The translations under genes were made by a program, and so were the position numbers. From NCBI GenBank assembly GCA_951406725.2, contig OX597832.1, positions 11,284,001-11,348,000 on the forward strand: DNA of 64,000 nt, read 5' to 3'. Below the pieces are notes generated by a model that worked only from the letters and a program-made list of their open reading frames with translations, was not told the origin of the DNA and searched no databases. Shown piece after piece: positions 39,350-54,870 of the stretch (the first letter of the stretch is position 1; each line of letters opens with the position of its first letter). The stretch is from Octopus vulgaris (lineage: Eukaryota).

Positions 39350-39964
39350 AATTTCTTTCATGTTCTTGAACTCTTTACTAACTGCTACGTTTCAATATGC
39401 ATATTTATGTAATCTTATGAAGAAAAAGGTATTGTAGAAGTTTAGGAAGATGAGATTATATTTTTCAAAGTAGTATTTTCGTTCATTTTCCAGATGCAAG
39501 CGGTAAGTTGTTTGAATTTATTTTAAAAATCTGAAGCTAAAAGATATGTTATAACTAAAGAAAAATGTATCTTCGTTACCTTATTACTTGCTGGTGTTTT
39601 AACAAGAGAATTATGCTCATTTTGGAGGGTAAAATCAAAAGCAAAATGTATTTTCGGTGTTTTTCATTCGAAGTAAAATTGATCACAACTTGGAATTAAT
39701 ATGCTCGAATGATGTTTGCATTTTGAATCGAAATAAAATTTTCAAAATTGCCTCACAGTCTATTGAAAGGACCAACAAATTAAGTTTGGGTCGAGGATTT
39801 TACGAAATACTGTTCTAAACAATTCTAGGAATATAGATAAATTATTATCATCATTTTCGATGCATTCATACAACCGAGCGAATAAACACTCAACTACTTG
39901 ACTTTTCGGTAATGAAATTTATCTAACAACTGAAGATATGCCTTCTTAATTTTGTTTTTAGGGA

Positions 39965-40150
39965 AGTTGTACAGCCAGTGGTATCGATCGTAGTCTTTTA
40001 TTGATCCTAGAGAGAATGAAGAGGAAACACGATCTCGCTGGGATTTCACTTGGAAACTTAAGGAGCCTCTGTAATTAAACACCTCAAGTCAATTTGTCCC
40101 GCACTTTAACGACTGTAACGTGGCTAGATTAATGAAGCATTTTCCCGCGG
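39965..40150 (-). mobile_element. SINE family D, highly diverged
   Basis: TTTTTATTGATCCTAGAGAGAATGAAGAGGAAA...GGGATTTCACTTGGAA. Confidence 0.4.
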
Positions 40151-41251
40151 GTTTATCATTTCTAATTCAATTATTTCTTCTCTTTAAATTATGCGTAGTA
40201 ACAAGAAACGTGTTCATTTTAACTGTTGCTGAAAGCTAATATTATATATTCAAATATAATTTACTCTATCACTAAGTGTGTGTTACCTAATCAATTTTCT
40301 CGCGTGCGTATTTCCTCGAACGAGGACTTTCATATTAACTTGTAATGTTTCGATTCCTTTATACATCTATCTGTTCTGTAATAATTTTTTTACCCCTCTT
40401 TTCTACATATATAATTAACTAGCAGTAATTGTTTGTAGGAAGTTTTGAGTCAATCTTACTTCACGTAAACTATTCTTCAATATGAATATTTGTCAGATCC
40501 AACATGGCTACTCTTCAGATATATAATGATTTTTCATTTGTCATTTTGCTAAGGCTCCATACTACATTCAGTGTTTCACTGCGTGAGAAAGAGTGTGTGA
40601 GAGCGCTTATATGTGAAAGTGACAGAAGGATTTGAGAAAGAGATGAAAGACTTTTATGTGAATATAGATGATAAATTATATGATCATTCATATCCATTTA
40701 TTGTTTGCATGAAGACTGGGAAAGAATAAAGAAGTGAAAACATTAATAAAAAAAAAACTGTATCAGTAGACAGAAAGAGAAGCGAAGCGATAATAAAAAG
40801 ATTAGCATGTTAAAGAAAGCAACACGGAAAGACACAAACCGTGATGCGCAGTGATGGATGGCTGCAAGACAAAACATGAATGAATGTATAAAAACGAACT
40901 TAAATGACGAATAATCAAATAAGAAAATTTAATGATAAATAAATCAATTATTTAAATTAGATGAAAATTAATAATAGAAGAATCGGCATCCACTGAAAAC
41001 AAGATATTAATTAATTTGCCTCATTTCTAATGCAAAAATCTCTCGGTATATTGATATGAAGAATATTAATATTTCATTTTCTTTAATATCGGTTTCTTCT
41101 AGATTTTATTTTTCTTAGCTTTTGCTATTCCATCATAATTTAATAGTGTTAATACTGTTCGTCAAATGGAAATATAGATACGAATGTTCAATATACATAT
41201 ATACATACATATATACATACACATACATATATGTGTGTGTATATATACAGA

Positions 41252-41314
<63 letters not shown>

Positions 41315-42007
41315 CAGTATAAAATACACCAAACAAAGAAAAACGCATCAACTTAGGTGAGAACTAATTATAAGATAGTATAAGACGTGCGACAATGAAC
41401 ACAACTTTTATTTTTATAGAATAGCGTGTGTGGGACACTTTTCTATATTTATTCTTGATGGGAGGGGGAATTTTGCTGTGAAATTTTAATAAGCAAATAT
41501 ACAAGTAGTGTTAAATGAAAACACTATATGATTTCCGGTTATATATCTCAAGTGTTAAGTCAAGAAAATGATTGCTACACCTACATTTTGAGGCATACTT
41601 ACTCTTTATTGTTATATTTATGCAATGTTATCTACTTTCCTTCTCAGTCTTTTCATCATTTATCTATGCCTTTACTGAATTGTCTTTTTTTTTTTTTTGT
41701 TCTTTGTATTTGCTTATTCTTTGTAATAATATTACCCTGGTAATTGATAAACATGCGCTTATGTGTGTGCGTGTGTATGTGTGGGAGGATAAAGATATGC
41801 ATATACACATACACACACATATACACGTGTGTGATGTGTGTATGTACGTATATATGAATGCTGAAGTACATATATATATGCACATGTGAAATATACGTGT
41901 ATTTATTTAAGTGTAAGTACGTATACACGCGCAAACACACACACTCACACACATATATATATATGAGATAGACTGACACATTGATTGACAGTCAGACAGA
42001 CACACAG

Positions 42008-42078
42008 GTGGATGGATGGATCGATGGATAGATAGATAGATAGATAGATGGATAGATAGATAGATAGATAGATAGATA
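42008..42078. repeat. (GGAT)n(AGAT)n tetranucleotide repeat
   Basis: Direct reading. Confidence 0.95.
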
Positions 42079-42224
42079 TCGGTTACTTTCATAAATATTT
42101 AAATGTTATTATTTACATTATGAGAATAATTTTGAGACTTATTTAATAACTTATTCATTAAAAGTAAAATCGTGAAATAGGAAAAGCTACGAATATTAGC
42201 ATGAAGGATTCCATCGAAAACTAC

Positions 42225-42345
42225 ATTGCCTTTCATCCTTTCAGAGTAATGAAAGTAAGCGCCCGTTCAGCACAGGGTCGATGTAATCGACTAACCCCTC
42301 CCACGAAATTGCTGGCCTTGTACGAAAATTAGAAATCAATATTAT
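42225..42345 (+). mobile_element. SINE family D 3' half
   Basis: TTGCCTTTCATCCTTTCAGAG...GGGTCGATGTAATCGACTAACCCCTCCC...GCTGGCCTTGT...TTAGAAA then ATTATT. Confidence 0.8.
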
Positions 42346-42859
42346 TCTGTAGATTATTGAGTTAAAATTCGCTTCGGGTGCAATATAACTGAAGGCTGCT
42401 CGTGATATTGCTGTCCCATTCTTGATGTATTAAAGATATTTCCGCCTCTAGAGAATACATCATAATTATCAAATGGCAATTAAGTCAAGGTTCACTGGAG
42501 AATGAGAGATAATCTGAAGATTAAAGAATTCCTCAAACGAATAACATCAAGCTTTGCCTGGAAATTAAAGGACAATCGTTTTTCTGGCTCCCTTCCTATC
42601 GCCAGCACGGCAATTGTCTCTAGTAGCCATAGGATTTTTTAAACTTATACGTATATGGTTTGTGTGTGTGGGGTTTGTGTGTGTGCGTTTTGCATAATTA
42701 ATTAGCGGATAATATCTAACGATGCAAAATATAATCTTCGCCTTGTTTTCTACTTGAGGGTTTTCTTTTTTATTTTTACTTCTGAACAGTTTTAAAGTAA
42801 ATTAGCAGAGTTCGAATTGTCGCGTAGAATGCTCAGTATACTAACTTGTTTTTATCTTC

Positions 42860-43470
42860 TTGACCTTATACTGCCATCGTTTGAGGAAGCTAGTGTCATT
42901 TCACATCCATTTTCTCCGAGGAATTTTACGCATTACTTGGAAAGATTCCCCCCCCCCCGCCTACATAGAAATTCTCCAGCAAGCAGGAATCTCTAAGGCT
43001 GAAGCCTCCATTCAACGCCGTCTTTTAAAATGGGTCGGGCACGTTAGCAAGATGCCCGATGATCGTCTCTCGTAAATGATTCTCTTCGGAGAGCTATCAA
43101 CCGGTGTTCGCCCAACAAGGAACCCAAGAAAACGTTCAGAGACCATCTTAATCTTGTCTGCAAATTCTGCAACATTCAACCGGCACAACTTGAACACTTT
43201 GTTTGGAACCAGCAAAATTGGAGCTCCCGCTGCGACGAAGGAGCTGCACACTTTGAATTAATCCGACGTGAGAAACTTGAGCAAAGGTCAACATAATCTA
43301 TGACTCACCAACATCATAGGCAACTACCCTTGTTAACATCACTTTGTTCAAGGACAATCCATACTAGGATCGGACTGTTTTTACATCTATCAACTCACAA
43401 AATGTAGGATAAGACTCCTAGAGGAGCCCGTCGTCGTCACCATTGACGGACAGCTATAAGCAAGGAGCAA
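42860..43470 (+). mobile_element. RTE-clade LINE, 5'-truncated and decayed
   Basis: FHIHFLRGILRITWKD...EILQQAGI...RRLLKWVGHVSKMPDDRLS*MILFGELSTGVRPTRNPRKR; terminal RIGLFLHLSTH zinc-finger remnant; 3' stem-loop CCGTC...GACGG. Confidence 0.9.
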
Positions 43471-46400
43471 GAATATTCTTGGTATCAAATTTCGCAATCG
43501 ATTTTGTTTGTCATGTTATCGAGTTTGTCAAGACTTGTGCCCACATGCAAAAAGTAGATATTAGTAATTCTAAGACAGAAGGATCAAATTGTCACTTCTC
43601 TTAGCTTTCTGCATTAAATAATCATTTGATGTAGCCTAATCCACCAGAGTAATTCAAATTATTTTGCTGCTTCAGGGTGTCGGCCGTTGTCTTTCTAGCA
43701 TTAATATACTTCGAAATTCCTGTACCTTTGGCCGTCGAGTTCACGCGAGTTCCTCTTCTCCGTATGTCACTGTTACTTTACGAGTCACTCTTTCGGCGAG
43801 ACTGCACATTCACCATATTGAATTTTAAGAACAACTTCATGAATATCAATTCGACAAACACAGAAGTAACATCTTGTAGTTCAGATTTGTTAAACAGTCC
43901 TAGGTGTTTTTGTTTGGCTATCACCAATAACATGCTTTACATTTGATTATGACATATATACGATATATGATCAACATAATTTTGTATGTTGTTTTTATAT
44001 ATTTTACTGAATATAAAGGATGCAGTATATTATTTATAATACTTGGAAACTAATATAGCTTTTGCTATCGGAACGTTACCTTTCAGCGTTCGATCAAAAT
44101 TGAGTTGGTTCCTATTAACCTACGTGTCAATGTGCTTTCCAAAGTTGAGATTGATAAGTGATGCCATGGAAAACTTGCTGATAATAAATTTCCTTGAGTA
44201 GTTTCTTATCTTCATCTGAAATATTAGAATAAATCATTTGTTTATCTTAGAACGGAATATTGGTACTTCAGTATGTTGCTAGAGATAAATATAGTCGAAT
44301 ACGTTCTATTTCTATGACAAACATCATCATATTTTAAGTAACGCTCATCTGCATTAAAACATACCGAGATCGACTCGGGGATATTTGACTGTAGGTAGCC
44401 CTGGCTCTACAGACATAGGGTCATGGGAACTCTATCTTTGATCATCACAGCGTTATTCAGGTCTATATTATCTAATAGGACGCATGTTCAAGTGCATCTT
44501 AGTTGAACATTTCGATGTTATCTCTGACATATCAAACACTTCACTAAGGTTCTCTCTCGTTATTTCGCGCCTCTGTCATTGGCTCCATTGAATTTTCTAT
44601 TGAAGTGTCACTGTTTTATTGTCTCGTTGCAGCTTTGACTTAACAAGTCTATGATTAAAAACATATCCATGTTTGATAAACCTATCTTGTATTCAGGCAA
44701 TTATATTCCAACTAAGATATGATGTGTGTCTCTTAACTGACGTTGGTGGTAGATGGTGTCATTTAGCCTAAACTAATCTCTTAACCATCCAACCACAATT
44801 GAATACACAACTGATGTGGCCATCCTTCCAACTTTCGCATCATTATGAGATAAACCGAACCGTGAAACAATAGATACGTCCTATTAAAAACGGCATGTTG
44901 TGATGTACCACATTGTATCACAAAGAACAGTATTATAAGACGCTCCTTTCATTTTGCTCTTTCCAGTTGCATTTTAATGCCCCTGTGATTTCAGAGTCGA
45001 TGGTACCCTATGGTTGTATAGCACTCTGTTGTATCATTGAATAACTTAGATGATATATAGACGACCATGATGTGCAAATGTTCATTCCTTCTCCCCTACT
45101 ATTAGGCTCCAGACTAAAGAGCGATAAAATAATACAACTGAAACGTTTAAATTTTTTTCCCTAGACTCAATATCAAAAGGTACAGAGAAGAGAACATTAT
45201 TGATTTAAAAGTTTCCTTTCTACTTACACTGTACAAGCAAATATGATGAAAGATTAGGTCGTCACAGTTGAGATACATATGAATCAATGGGAGTAATATT
45301 AATTACTATAAAACAGTTCGAATAATGTGATCAACTCTTTCTCTCTCCCTCCATCCCTCCCTCTCCCCTCTCTCTCTCCACATCACTCTCCACTAGTGTA
45401 TTTTCAACAGAGAGACATTTGTTTTACTTGGGGAATTCTGCTAAATGAAGGAAGACTACAGTACTTCACAAAAGTAGAATTATACATCAGTGAAAGAGAT
45501 AGCATTATATTCGCAAACATCCTATCCTGCTTCTGCTGAACTATTTTTATCTGGCAAATATAACTCAAAGATAGAGAGGACATGAAAGTTATAAATTAAA
45601 TACACAATCAGTTGGACTAACGGAATTCATGTCAAGGCATAATTATACCTCTTTTCAAGTAGTTTTGTTATACTAAAAAGGTCATTCAAGGTTGTTGGAA
45701 AAAAATGTAATTTGTACCGTGATATTAAGTAGAACAGTGCATGCTTTCCTCAAGCAAAGTCGTTCAGTTTTATTATCAAACGTATGTCTTCCAGATTACT
45801 CGGTGATATATATACATGCACATATATATATATATCTATGTATGTATGCATGTTTGTATGTATGTATACACAGACACACAACACATACGCATATATATAT
45901 ATATATATATAAAACAGTCAGTTTGATAATGAAGAAAAACATGGCATGTGTTTCTTGGGTGGGGTATTTAGAGTGGAATATTTTCGGTGCAACGAATTCT
46001 TTTGTTTTCTTTTACGCCAAAACAAATACCTTAAAGGCTTATATTCTTTCGGTTTATTTTTGTCTCAAAATACAAAGCGCCAACGGTTTTAAGGAAATTA
46101 GAGCATCCTTCAAATCATGTTTGTTTCACGAAGGAGAAGAATTCTAAATAAAGCTATTTGTTTTCTTCATATATATATATATTATTTTTTGAAACACATT
46201 TTCAGAGATTACTCTTCTCAGATCATTCAACTAAAATAGGGTATGTTTAAAAAAACAAAACAAAAAAAAACAATGGTCTTTTTAAGATAACCTATTTGAC
46301 CCAACCATATAGCTGAAGGTGTGAGATTAATTCGAATATTATTTTAATTTTATTTGCTTAAAATCTGTCTACGATAAACAGAGATTTTTAATTATTAGAG

Positions 46401-48333
46401 ACAGATAAATTACTTGAATTAAGTTTGTATTTAGTATTCTTGCTTTTCATAGAAACTGAATTTTAAAATTTCTGATTTTAAAAAACTTCAATACCAATTC
46501 AGATTATGTAAATTTATGAGGGGGACTCCTCTCCAACATTAGCCATTTTAATATATTTTCACACAATATTTACAAGTGTATATTAACCAATATAATCACG
46601 TTTTAGACTACATCTCTGAATCGGAGAATTTATGACCAAAGTTATACCAGTTATGTAGTTCTCGTGTTTCTCACCAACAACGCTTTATCTTATGTGTCCT
46701 TGACTTTATATGCCAATACCCTGCGATTTGAGAAAGAATCAGGCTGATATTTTTAAAAAAAATTATTTCAGCAATCACAATGAGATCTGCGTAAGGTGGT
46801 TGTGAGCGAACGAGACATTTGTTACAAGTAACCACCAAAGTCCTCTGAAATCACAGTACCCGGTATGATAAAGGTCCGAATTTTATAATATGCCCTGGAA
46901 TTCCTTACAGATATTAACAAATTGATATTGTTACAGTTAGAATGTATTTGAGGCACTGTCTACTCCATCAGAGACCATGAAGACCTAAGAAGCAGCAATA
47001 ACGATAACTACCCATTGTTGACTTGTTTAAAACGTTGGCAGAAATGTTGATAAATATGCTAATATGCTAATGGGAAAGATGTCCATTATATTTTGCTTCA
47101 GCGTAGCTGTACCCTACTAAGGAAAGCTTTCTATGAGATGTTACTTTTACCTTATCAATTCTAATTTTATAAATTTATATATGTGCCTATTCACAATTCA
47201 TTAGCCTTGTTGTATACTTGTGTTTGGCTGTGAGCATCTATAGGAATGTGTGTATGTATACAAAACCGTGCTCCAGTTTTACGGCCGTAGACGCAATGAA
47301 TGAAAGAAACTCAAGACATATATACGTTCTTTGGCCGTACATGTGTGTATATATACGTAAGCAGATACTCGTATAAGCACATATATATGTATGTATATAT
47401 CAGTGCATAAATAGGTATGCGTCTATGATTGTGTGTCTCTATATACGTGTATAGATGTAAATATACACACACACATGTACACACACACACATATATATAC
47501 ATATACATTTATATATATACATACATACATATTTTTATTTACAGGTATACATTTATACCTACGTGTGCTTGTATGTATATACGCGTTGTTTATACGCTGC
47601 AGTATGCTATAGTATAGTATAGTATAAATCATGCCCTTCCAAGTGGAAACAACTAAAAACATGAAAAATAAGAGAAAAATAATCTCATAAATCAAATATT
47701 AAATTTCATCTCCAATAGTGATAAAAAAAACAGTAAAACAGAAAAAAATAAAACATTTTGGCATATGTTCTTGTCTGTGGAGCAAAGTAACATAATTACA
47801 CGATAATAAAAGTGCCAAAACTGGAGCATCGACATGAACTTACTTGTCCGTTATGTTAGAAATAACAACCAAAATCTTCCCAAATCACACAACAAATTAA
47901 TCAAATTCATTATTGAAAATTGATCAAAGTTAATCCAATTAATTATTGAAACACACACGAAAGATATATTTTTGCGTGAATTTTATACATTTAAAAAAAA
48001 ATTCTGGGAACTCTTGATTATAGCCCTTTCTTGATATGTGAGCTGGTTCAGGGACGGTCTGAGAGTATATGAAAGATATAAAATGAAAATAATTTGGTCA
48101 TAGAACATCAGTAGAATGATTTTTGGAATAATGGTGTATATATTCTGAGAAACCATAACCCTGCTAATCCTGAGCTAAATAGGCATTAACAGTATAGAAA
48201 GTAACTTTTTCTTCTAACAGAAACACCAACGGACTATCAATACACTATGTAGAATTTATGTTTGAATGCATTAAGTAGTAGCTTATTAACATCAGGATAT
48301 TGTGCATGTTTATGTGTGTGTTTGTTTGCGAAT

Positions 48334-48367
<34 letters not shown>

Positions 48368-48380
48368 ACGCACACGCACG

Positions 48381-48412
<32 letters not shown>

Positions 48413-49453
48413 CATACATATATGTGTGTGCACACGCATGAGTGTGTTTGTGTAATATTTGTGTGTGATTCTGTATTTACATATATATATATAATGATTA
48501 CAATCATGCAGAATGGGTCTCCGTTGCATATCTAAAGGCATTAAAACATGCAGGCATGTGTGCGCGTGATGATTTAACGTGTGTGTGTGTTCACACGAAT
48601 GCTTATCCATTAAATATGCATACAAATTCATACATATACATGTGTGAGCATGCATGCATATATGTGCATGTGCAGATGAAAGTGTACACTTTTGCAAAGA
48701 GAACAAGATAATAGAAAGACTTTCAATGGAGGGATATGAATTTTGCATTAATGCATGCAGCTAAACAATATTACTTCCGATAGTTTGTGTATGCTTAAGG
48801 TTTAGAATCTATGCATGAAAGAGAAAGAGTAAAGAGAAGTGTTATTTTGAATTTGTGGAGTGACTGTTACGCGTATATGAGAATAATATAATTATTAGCA
48901 TACTTTCAGATCAAAGGGAACAATGAGATCAAAGCCCTTATTTAAGGCTCTTAACTCTTAATGAACCACATCCCTATGTTATATAACCTAAAACCTTTCA
49001 ATATGCTTTATATCACAAATTAGACTTCTAATCCACTCTTGTTCAATCATCAACAACAGCAAAAATCCGCACATTCAATTTCGTAAAATGGATAACGCAT
49101 TGATAAGCATGAATAATGAAAGCCGTGTGTGTGTATGTGTATATGTTTAAATATCGGTATAGCTAGAGATAAGAAAGAGTGAGCGTATATGTTTCATATA
49201 GATTTATATATGCTCTAAAGATGAACATATAGGTGCGTGTGGGTTGGTGTGCATTTGAGTGTGTATGTGTGTATATGAGTCGGGGGACGTGTGATTGCAT
49301 AGCTGTATACGCACAAATATTCGTGAGTACTTCTGCAAGTTTGAATGCATATCTATATATATTAGCTGCAAAACTAAGCACAGAACAGGGATTTCACATA
49401 CATATATATGAGCATTAATGGAAACTCATGTACATTTTTGTGTGTGTATATAA

Positions 49454-49498
<45 letters not shown>

Positions 49499-50656
49499 TG
49501 TATATATGCATGCATGTGTGAGTATGTATATATGTATGTGTGTGTATATATACGAATATATTCTTACGTAAATGTACATGTATATATACGTACTATAAGT
49601 TTCCGTGCTTGCATCTGGAACTAATCTACCTAAAGAGTTCGGCCATTTTTAACTCAACTCTGATATGATTCAAGGAAGTACATATATTATGGTCTTCAAT
49701 TAACTGTCTTTTTTTATGTGTTTATTATATTTTGTGTATTCATTTTCATATTTATGCTTCATATTTTATCATTATTATACATCAGTTTTTTTTTTTGTTC
49801 TTCAATATTCGATAATTTCAATCGACATTTACATAGATAATATTAATTTCTATGATTTAACTACATTTCATTACTCTCATACACCAATAGAGACGGCATT
49901 TCATACGCGACGTCTATTTAACCTCTTCAGCACACAGTTGCATGCTCGCACGCAAAAATCAATGCTTTGTATTCTCTATGCAATTATTATAAGCACACAC
50001 ACGCTCACACATATAAGCATAAATTTGTGTGTGTGTGTATGTATGTATATATATATATATATAGAAGCATATATGTATGCAATTTTCTTTTTGAATTTTT
50101 TTCTCTCTTCTTCACTCTTTTTTTTCTGAAATCACAATGATTTTTCCCCTTTGCCAAAAGAATATTTCCTTTTTATTTGATATTATCAAATTGATAATAA
50201 CGTACTTAAATAAAGTAATGATACCTTCTTTCTTTATTCTCTCATTTGGTTTTTGCCATTTTAAATATGATTGATTGAGAAGTAGATTTTTTTTTCCCCG
50301 GATATTAAATCGGCTGTATTAACATCAATTGCTAGTTAGACTTAGATTTTTTTACACATATTTTTAGATCTATATGTGTATGTGTGTGTGTATATATATA
50401 TATGCACAAATACATGTGTGTATGTATTTATATGCATATATTTTTTCTCGTATCACAATAATGCTTAATTGATAAATAATTTCTCTTTTAATTTTATATG
50501 TATTACAATTCTGACAAATGTATGCACTTATTGTTATTTGTTTGGTTTATCCATATTCCTTGAAGCTATTGCTTCATTCATAATGTAAATATAATTTTAT
50601 ACACGGATACGGTTGCACACACACACATAGAAGTGAATGTCTGTGTGAGAGAGAGA

Positions 50657-50687
<31 letters not shown>

Positions 50688-53608
50688 ACAGAGAAAGTAT
50701 GCGGAGAGAGTGTGTAATCAGTTAGGCACACAGTCTCATGCACCAAAGAAGCACTCACACACATCTTTGCACAAAATAAAAACAGGCACAAACACACATC
50801 TATATACATACATACATACATATACAGATGCGCAAAAACTTACAGACACACGTGCAAACATACGCACATGTATAAGTATATATATATGCATATTTGCGCA
50901 TGTGTCCATATATATATACATATACATATATACACATATATATATATATGTATATATACAAACACACATATATATGCATGTATATACACACCCTCCTATA
51001 ACTATATGTATATTTTATATATATAAAGATATATAGATAAATACACACACACACGCTCACATACATATACACACATATATACATGTATGTAGGCAAAAAT
51101 ATTTAACATTTTATGAATGTAAATATATACATGAATCGATAATCTAATAATTCGATCGGAATAATCAGATGGTTACTTCGTATTTAATTTCAGACGGAAG
51201 TAATGTCTTTTGATAAATTGATTAGACGTATATGAAAACATGATGCCTATCTTTTTTATAAATATGGGTTTTATGTTGTTTTTTTGTTTTGTTGTTGTTT
51301 TCTGTTTGTTTTGTTAGGTTTGTTTTTTATTTATGAGAATAGATCCGTCATCTACAAAATATCATATGACAGTCAGGACACGTCGTTGTTTTATCTGATG
51401 AGAATAAGATACAGAATATTATTTACACCGGATTCTAATTTAAATTTAATCTGCATGATTGAAAATCGTTTAAATCTCTATAAACTATGTCAAATCCATC
51501 TGAGTATTAACAATTTGAATACTAAGACGTCTTATGTAACGTAACTTCATTCAGCCATGATGGAGCAGCTTTATCAACTAAGACATTACAATAGCGATGT
51601 CTGTTCTTCTTACCAATTTCTAAGGCAACGGGTTGAATTATTTTTATTTCATTATAGAATTACTTGACAGAACCTCATTTCATTATCTAATACAGCCTTA
51701 CTGAAAACTCAAAGCTTAGAGAAACATACTGTCTAAAATCATTTTTACTTACTTTCCAACTATTTCCTTCTTGTCTACACTCTCTCTTTCTTTCTGCCTT
51801 TCACTCACTCTCTCTCTCCCCTTCCCTCTCTCGCTCACTCACTTTTGTCATTATGTTATTCCAAGTGATTTATTGTATTCAATGAAGTATGCAGTTGAAC
51901 ACAAACATTACTTACAAATTATGAGATTAACCCACTAAATATACAAGTGAGCTTAATTATTTAACTATCGGAGAAAACCATTTATAGATGTCTTATTGTA
52001 AAACCTTACAGTCTATCAATAAACTCTTCTTCGATTATGAAGTTATGTGTATTCATTTTCGACGACAAAGTTTCAGTTATTCAAACATTGCAAGAATCTA
52101 TGCCCTGTTCAAGCTGAGTGCAGGAGACCTACAAGGAAAATGAGATGCAGTAAAAGCAGTCATAATTACCATGAATTTTAAAACTCTATATACACAGAGG
52201 TGCAATTCATCTTAATCACATGCAGCTGATATATAATTTAGCTCTGTATTGTTTATATTTAAGCAGCGGTTTCCTTATTACCAGCTTTTCTCCTGCCGAC
52301 GTGAGTGAATATCACTTTTAAATTAATTACGAACCTTCATTACGTAATTATGTTAATTCTAATGAAGCAGCTGCTTACAAAGTTAAATCATTAATTATTT
52401 GTGAAATATGTTTTGTGCATTATATTGTGAATGCAATAAATTTGTACTCAAGTTAAACAGATTAATCTGAGGAAGAACAGCAGAACTCATGACAATGTTC
52501 ATGGATTTCGGAATTGATGGTCGAACGGATGGGTAGAGAGTTGTATCTAATGTCACTCAAGTACTCTACTAAAGTTACCCAAGGGAGAATTTGTAGTGTT
52601 AAAACGGATGACAAATTGAGTTTACCTTCCAACACTTCGCAATAAATCAAGCTCTTAATAGCTCACACATTTCTGATATAAACAATCACAAACATATTCA
52701 ACTTCTGTAGTATCGATTTAAGCAGAAACACTGCAGGTATCTCTTCAAAGAGAACTAGATTGTTTACCTCGATCAGTTAGTACATTACATTATTAAAGGC
52801 ATTAGAACGTCGTTTCTGTTTTTTTTTCTCGGGTGATAGCAATAAGAAACTTGTATTCCGTGATTGTCCCTTCAGATTACATTTTATATGGGAAAAAAAG
52901 TATGAAAAGCTATTCAAATTATTCATTTACGAGAATTTTTCACATCTTTCTGACATTATATATTTAATATGTGCATTAATATTTTCATTAGAACTTTAAT
53001 TAGGAGTGCCACGTTAATATTCTGAAATGTAGCAAAGAGAGTAGTTCATTCAGTGCCACATAAATTTTCTCTTGTTCATCTTTTGCCATTCAGTCTAAAC
53101 GTTGTTACAGCCATGAATATACAACAGTTAATCAGCAATTGTTTAATTTATTGATTAGAATATTTCAGTAAAACTCAGTATATGCAAATACAACAATGCC
53201 ATGTCAAAAAATAAAAGCAAGGACAAAAACATTAGAAAGTACGAATTATCATCATTGATGTGTGCAGTGTTTTGCAAAATATCTAAGATATTTCCTGTGG
53301 CTCAGTGGGAGCGACCTTATGTCAGTATTGGTGCATTTATCTTTCCAGCGCTAAGTGTCTTTTTCAAAGTTACATCCACAGACTGAAAGTGTGAGAACGC
53401 AATGAATCTAATCTGAAAAGACTGAACCAATATAGCGTTTAATTATTGGTCCACATTCTGGTAACTCGGTAACATACAAAAGCGCTTGTTAAGGGTTCTA
53501 ATACATAGGAGACTTCAGCCGGATTTTATGCAATTATTCGTCTGAATATTATTCGAGATTGCTGAAGATATATAATTTCCGATTATCCCAACAAATATGC
53601 AGGAAGTT

Positions 53609-53680
<72 letters not shown>

Positions 53681-53682
53681 CA

Positions 53683-53768
53683 TAATAATAGCATGAGGGA
53701 ATATCATTCCAAACTTACAGGGAAAAATTCAATTTAGAAATACTAAATCAAATTTCACAAAATATAAT
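53683..53768. repeat. short microsatellite-embedded interspersed fragment
   Basis: CCAAACTTACAGGGAAAAATTCAATTTAG block inside (AT)n; resembles a recalled octopus repeat. Confidence 0.4.
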
Positions 53769-53787
53769 ATATATATATAACTACATA

Positions 53788-53823
<36 letters not shown>

Positions 53824-54589
53824 GATATTTTATGTATGTATTTCAGGCATACAGACAGATAGCTAGACTCAGAACATATATATTATGTCAAGGGCCGAGA
53901 TATTTATACATGCTATTTACCAAACTTAATAAGCGTCATGAACGAATCCTTCGGTCCATGAATCTCTTCATGACGTGCATAAATAGAATTAAAAGCATAA
54001 AAATTAAAAATGTATATAAACATTGCTTTCAGTTCTGATTCTTTTCTTTGTACAATTAAGGTTTCCATCTCCCGCAGTCTAAAATTTGTGTGTGTTTGCG
54101 TTTGGGCGTGTGCGTGTGTAGAAATATATATATACGGGAATGTCAAACAATGAGAATGAGTGCTCAACACCGCACTGGTGGATAAAGATACTTTATTTGT
54201 GTAATAAGGCTACAATTGGTTTCATGTTAAGTAAATATCTTAACAATGTTCAAGCCGATCACATAGAGAAATTTATGAGCGTCTTCATTTTGGACTATAT
54301 ACACGCAAAGGATTAGGACCAGGTTAGCACGTTAAATTACACATATATATATGTTTAGCAATATGAGTTGTGTTGTTATATGAGCATAGATCGTAATAAT
54401 TATGGAAGTAAGAACTGCTACAGATCGCTTTTAACAACTATTTCAATAATAAATGCACAGCCGGTGCATTTTCTTGGAAAGGATCGGCTGCCAACCTTAT
54501 CGGAGAGAGGATGAGCCAGAGCCTTAGTAAAGAGCTTTGGTTTATTATTAGCATAAGGCATAGAGAAAAGTTTAAAAGAAGTTAGTGAA

Positions 54590-54870
54590 ACTAAAGAAGA
54601 CCATCGTAATATGATGACAGATAGACACTGAAAAACATGTCGTGGAATAGACATATAATTTTCTAGTGTTAGAAGAGGACATATAAAAAACAGTGGACTG
54701 TGCCAATAGGGATAGGGAAGCGGGTTGATGAGTAGTATGGTGTGAAAAAAACCATATGTAAACTAGCGTAGCAGCAAGTGGTGTAAGTACGTTAGAATTT
54801 TCTGTTATCTTTTAGCAAGACTAGCTACTGGAGTGGAGAATGACGTACAGGATAATTATATCTACATGTT
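54590..54870 (-). mobile_element. possible ancient L2/Jockey-group LINE 3' remnant
   Basis: Frameshifted minus translation SHHTTHQPASLSL...TVH...IPRHVF loosely fits HP..V.LP..RT.H...LP.HVF. Confidence 0.25.

Noticed and set aside
43678-43946. Possible exon after TTTGCTGCTTCAG with CpG-rich sequence
   Set aside because: No recognisable protein in any frame and no convincing donor site
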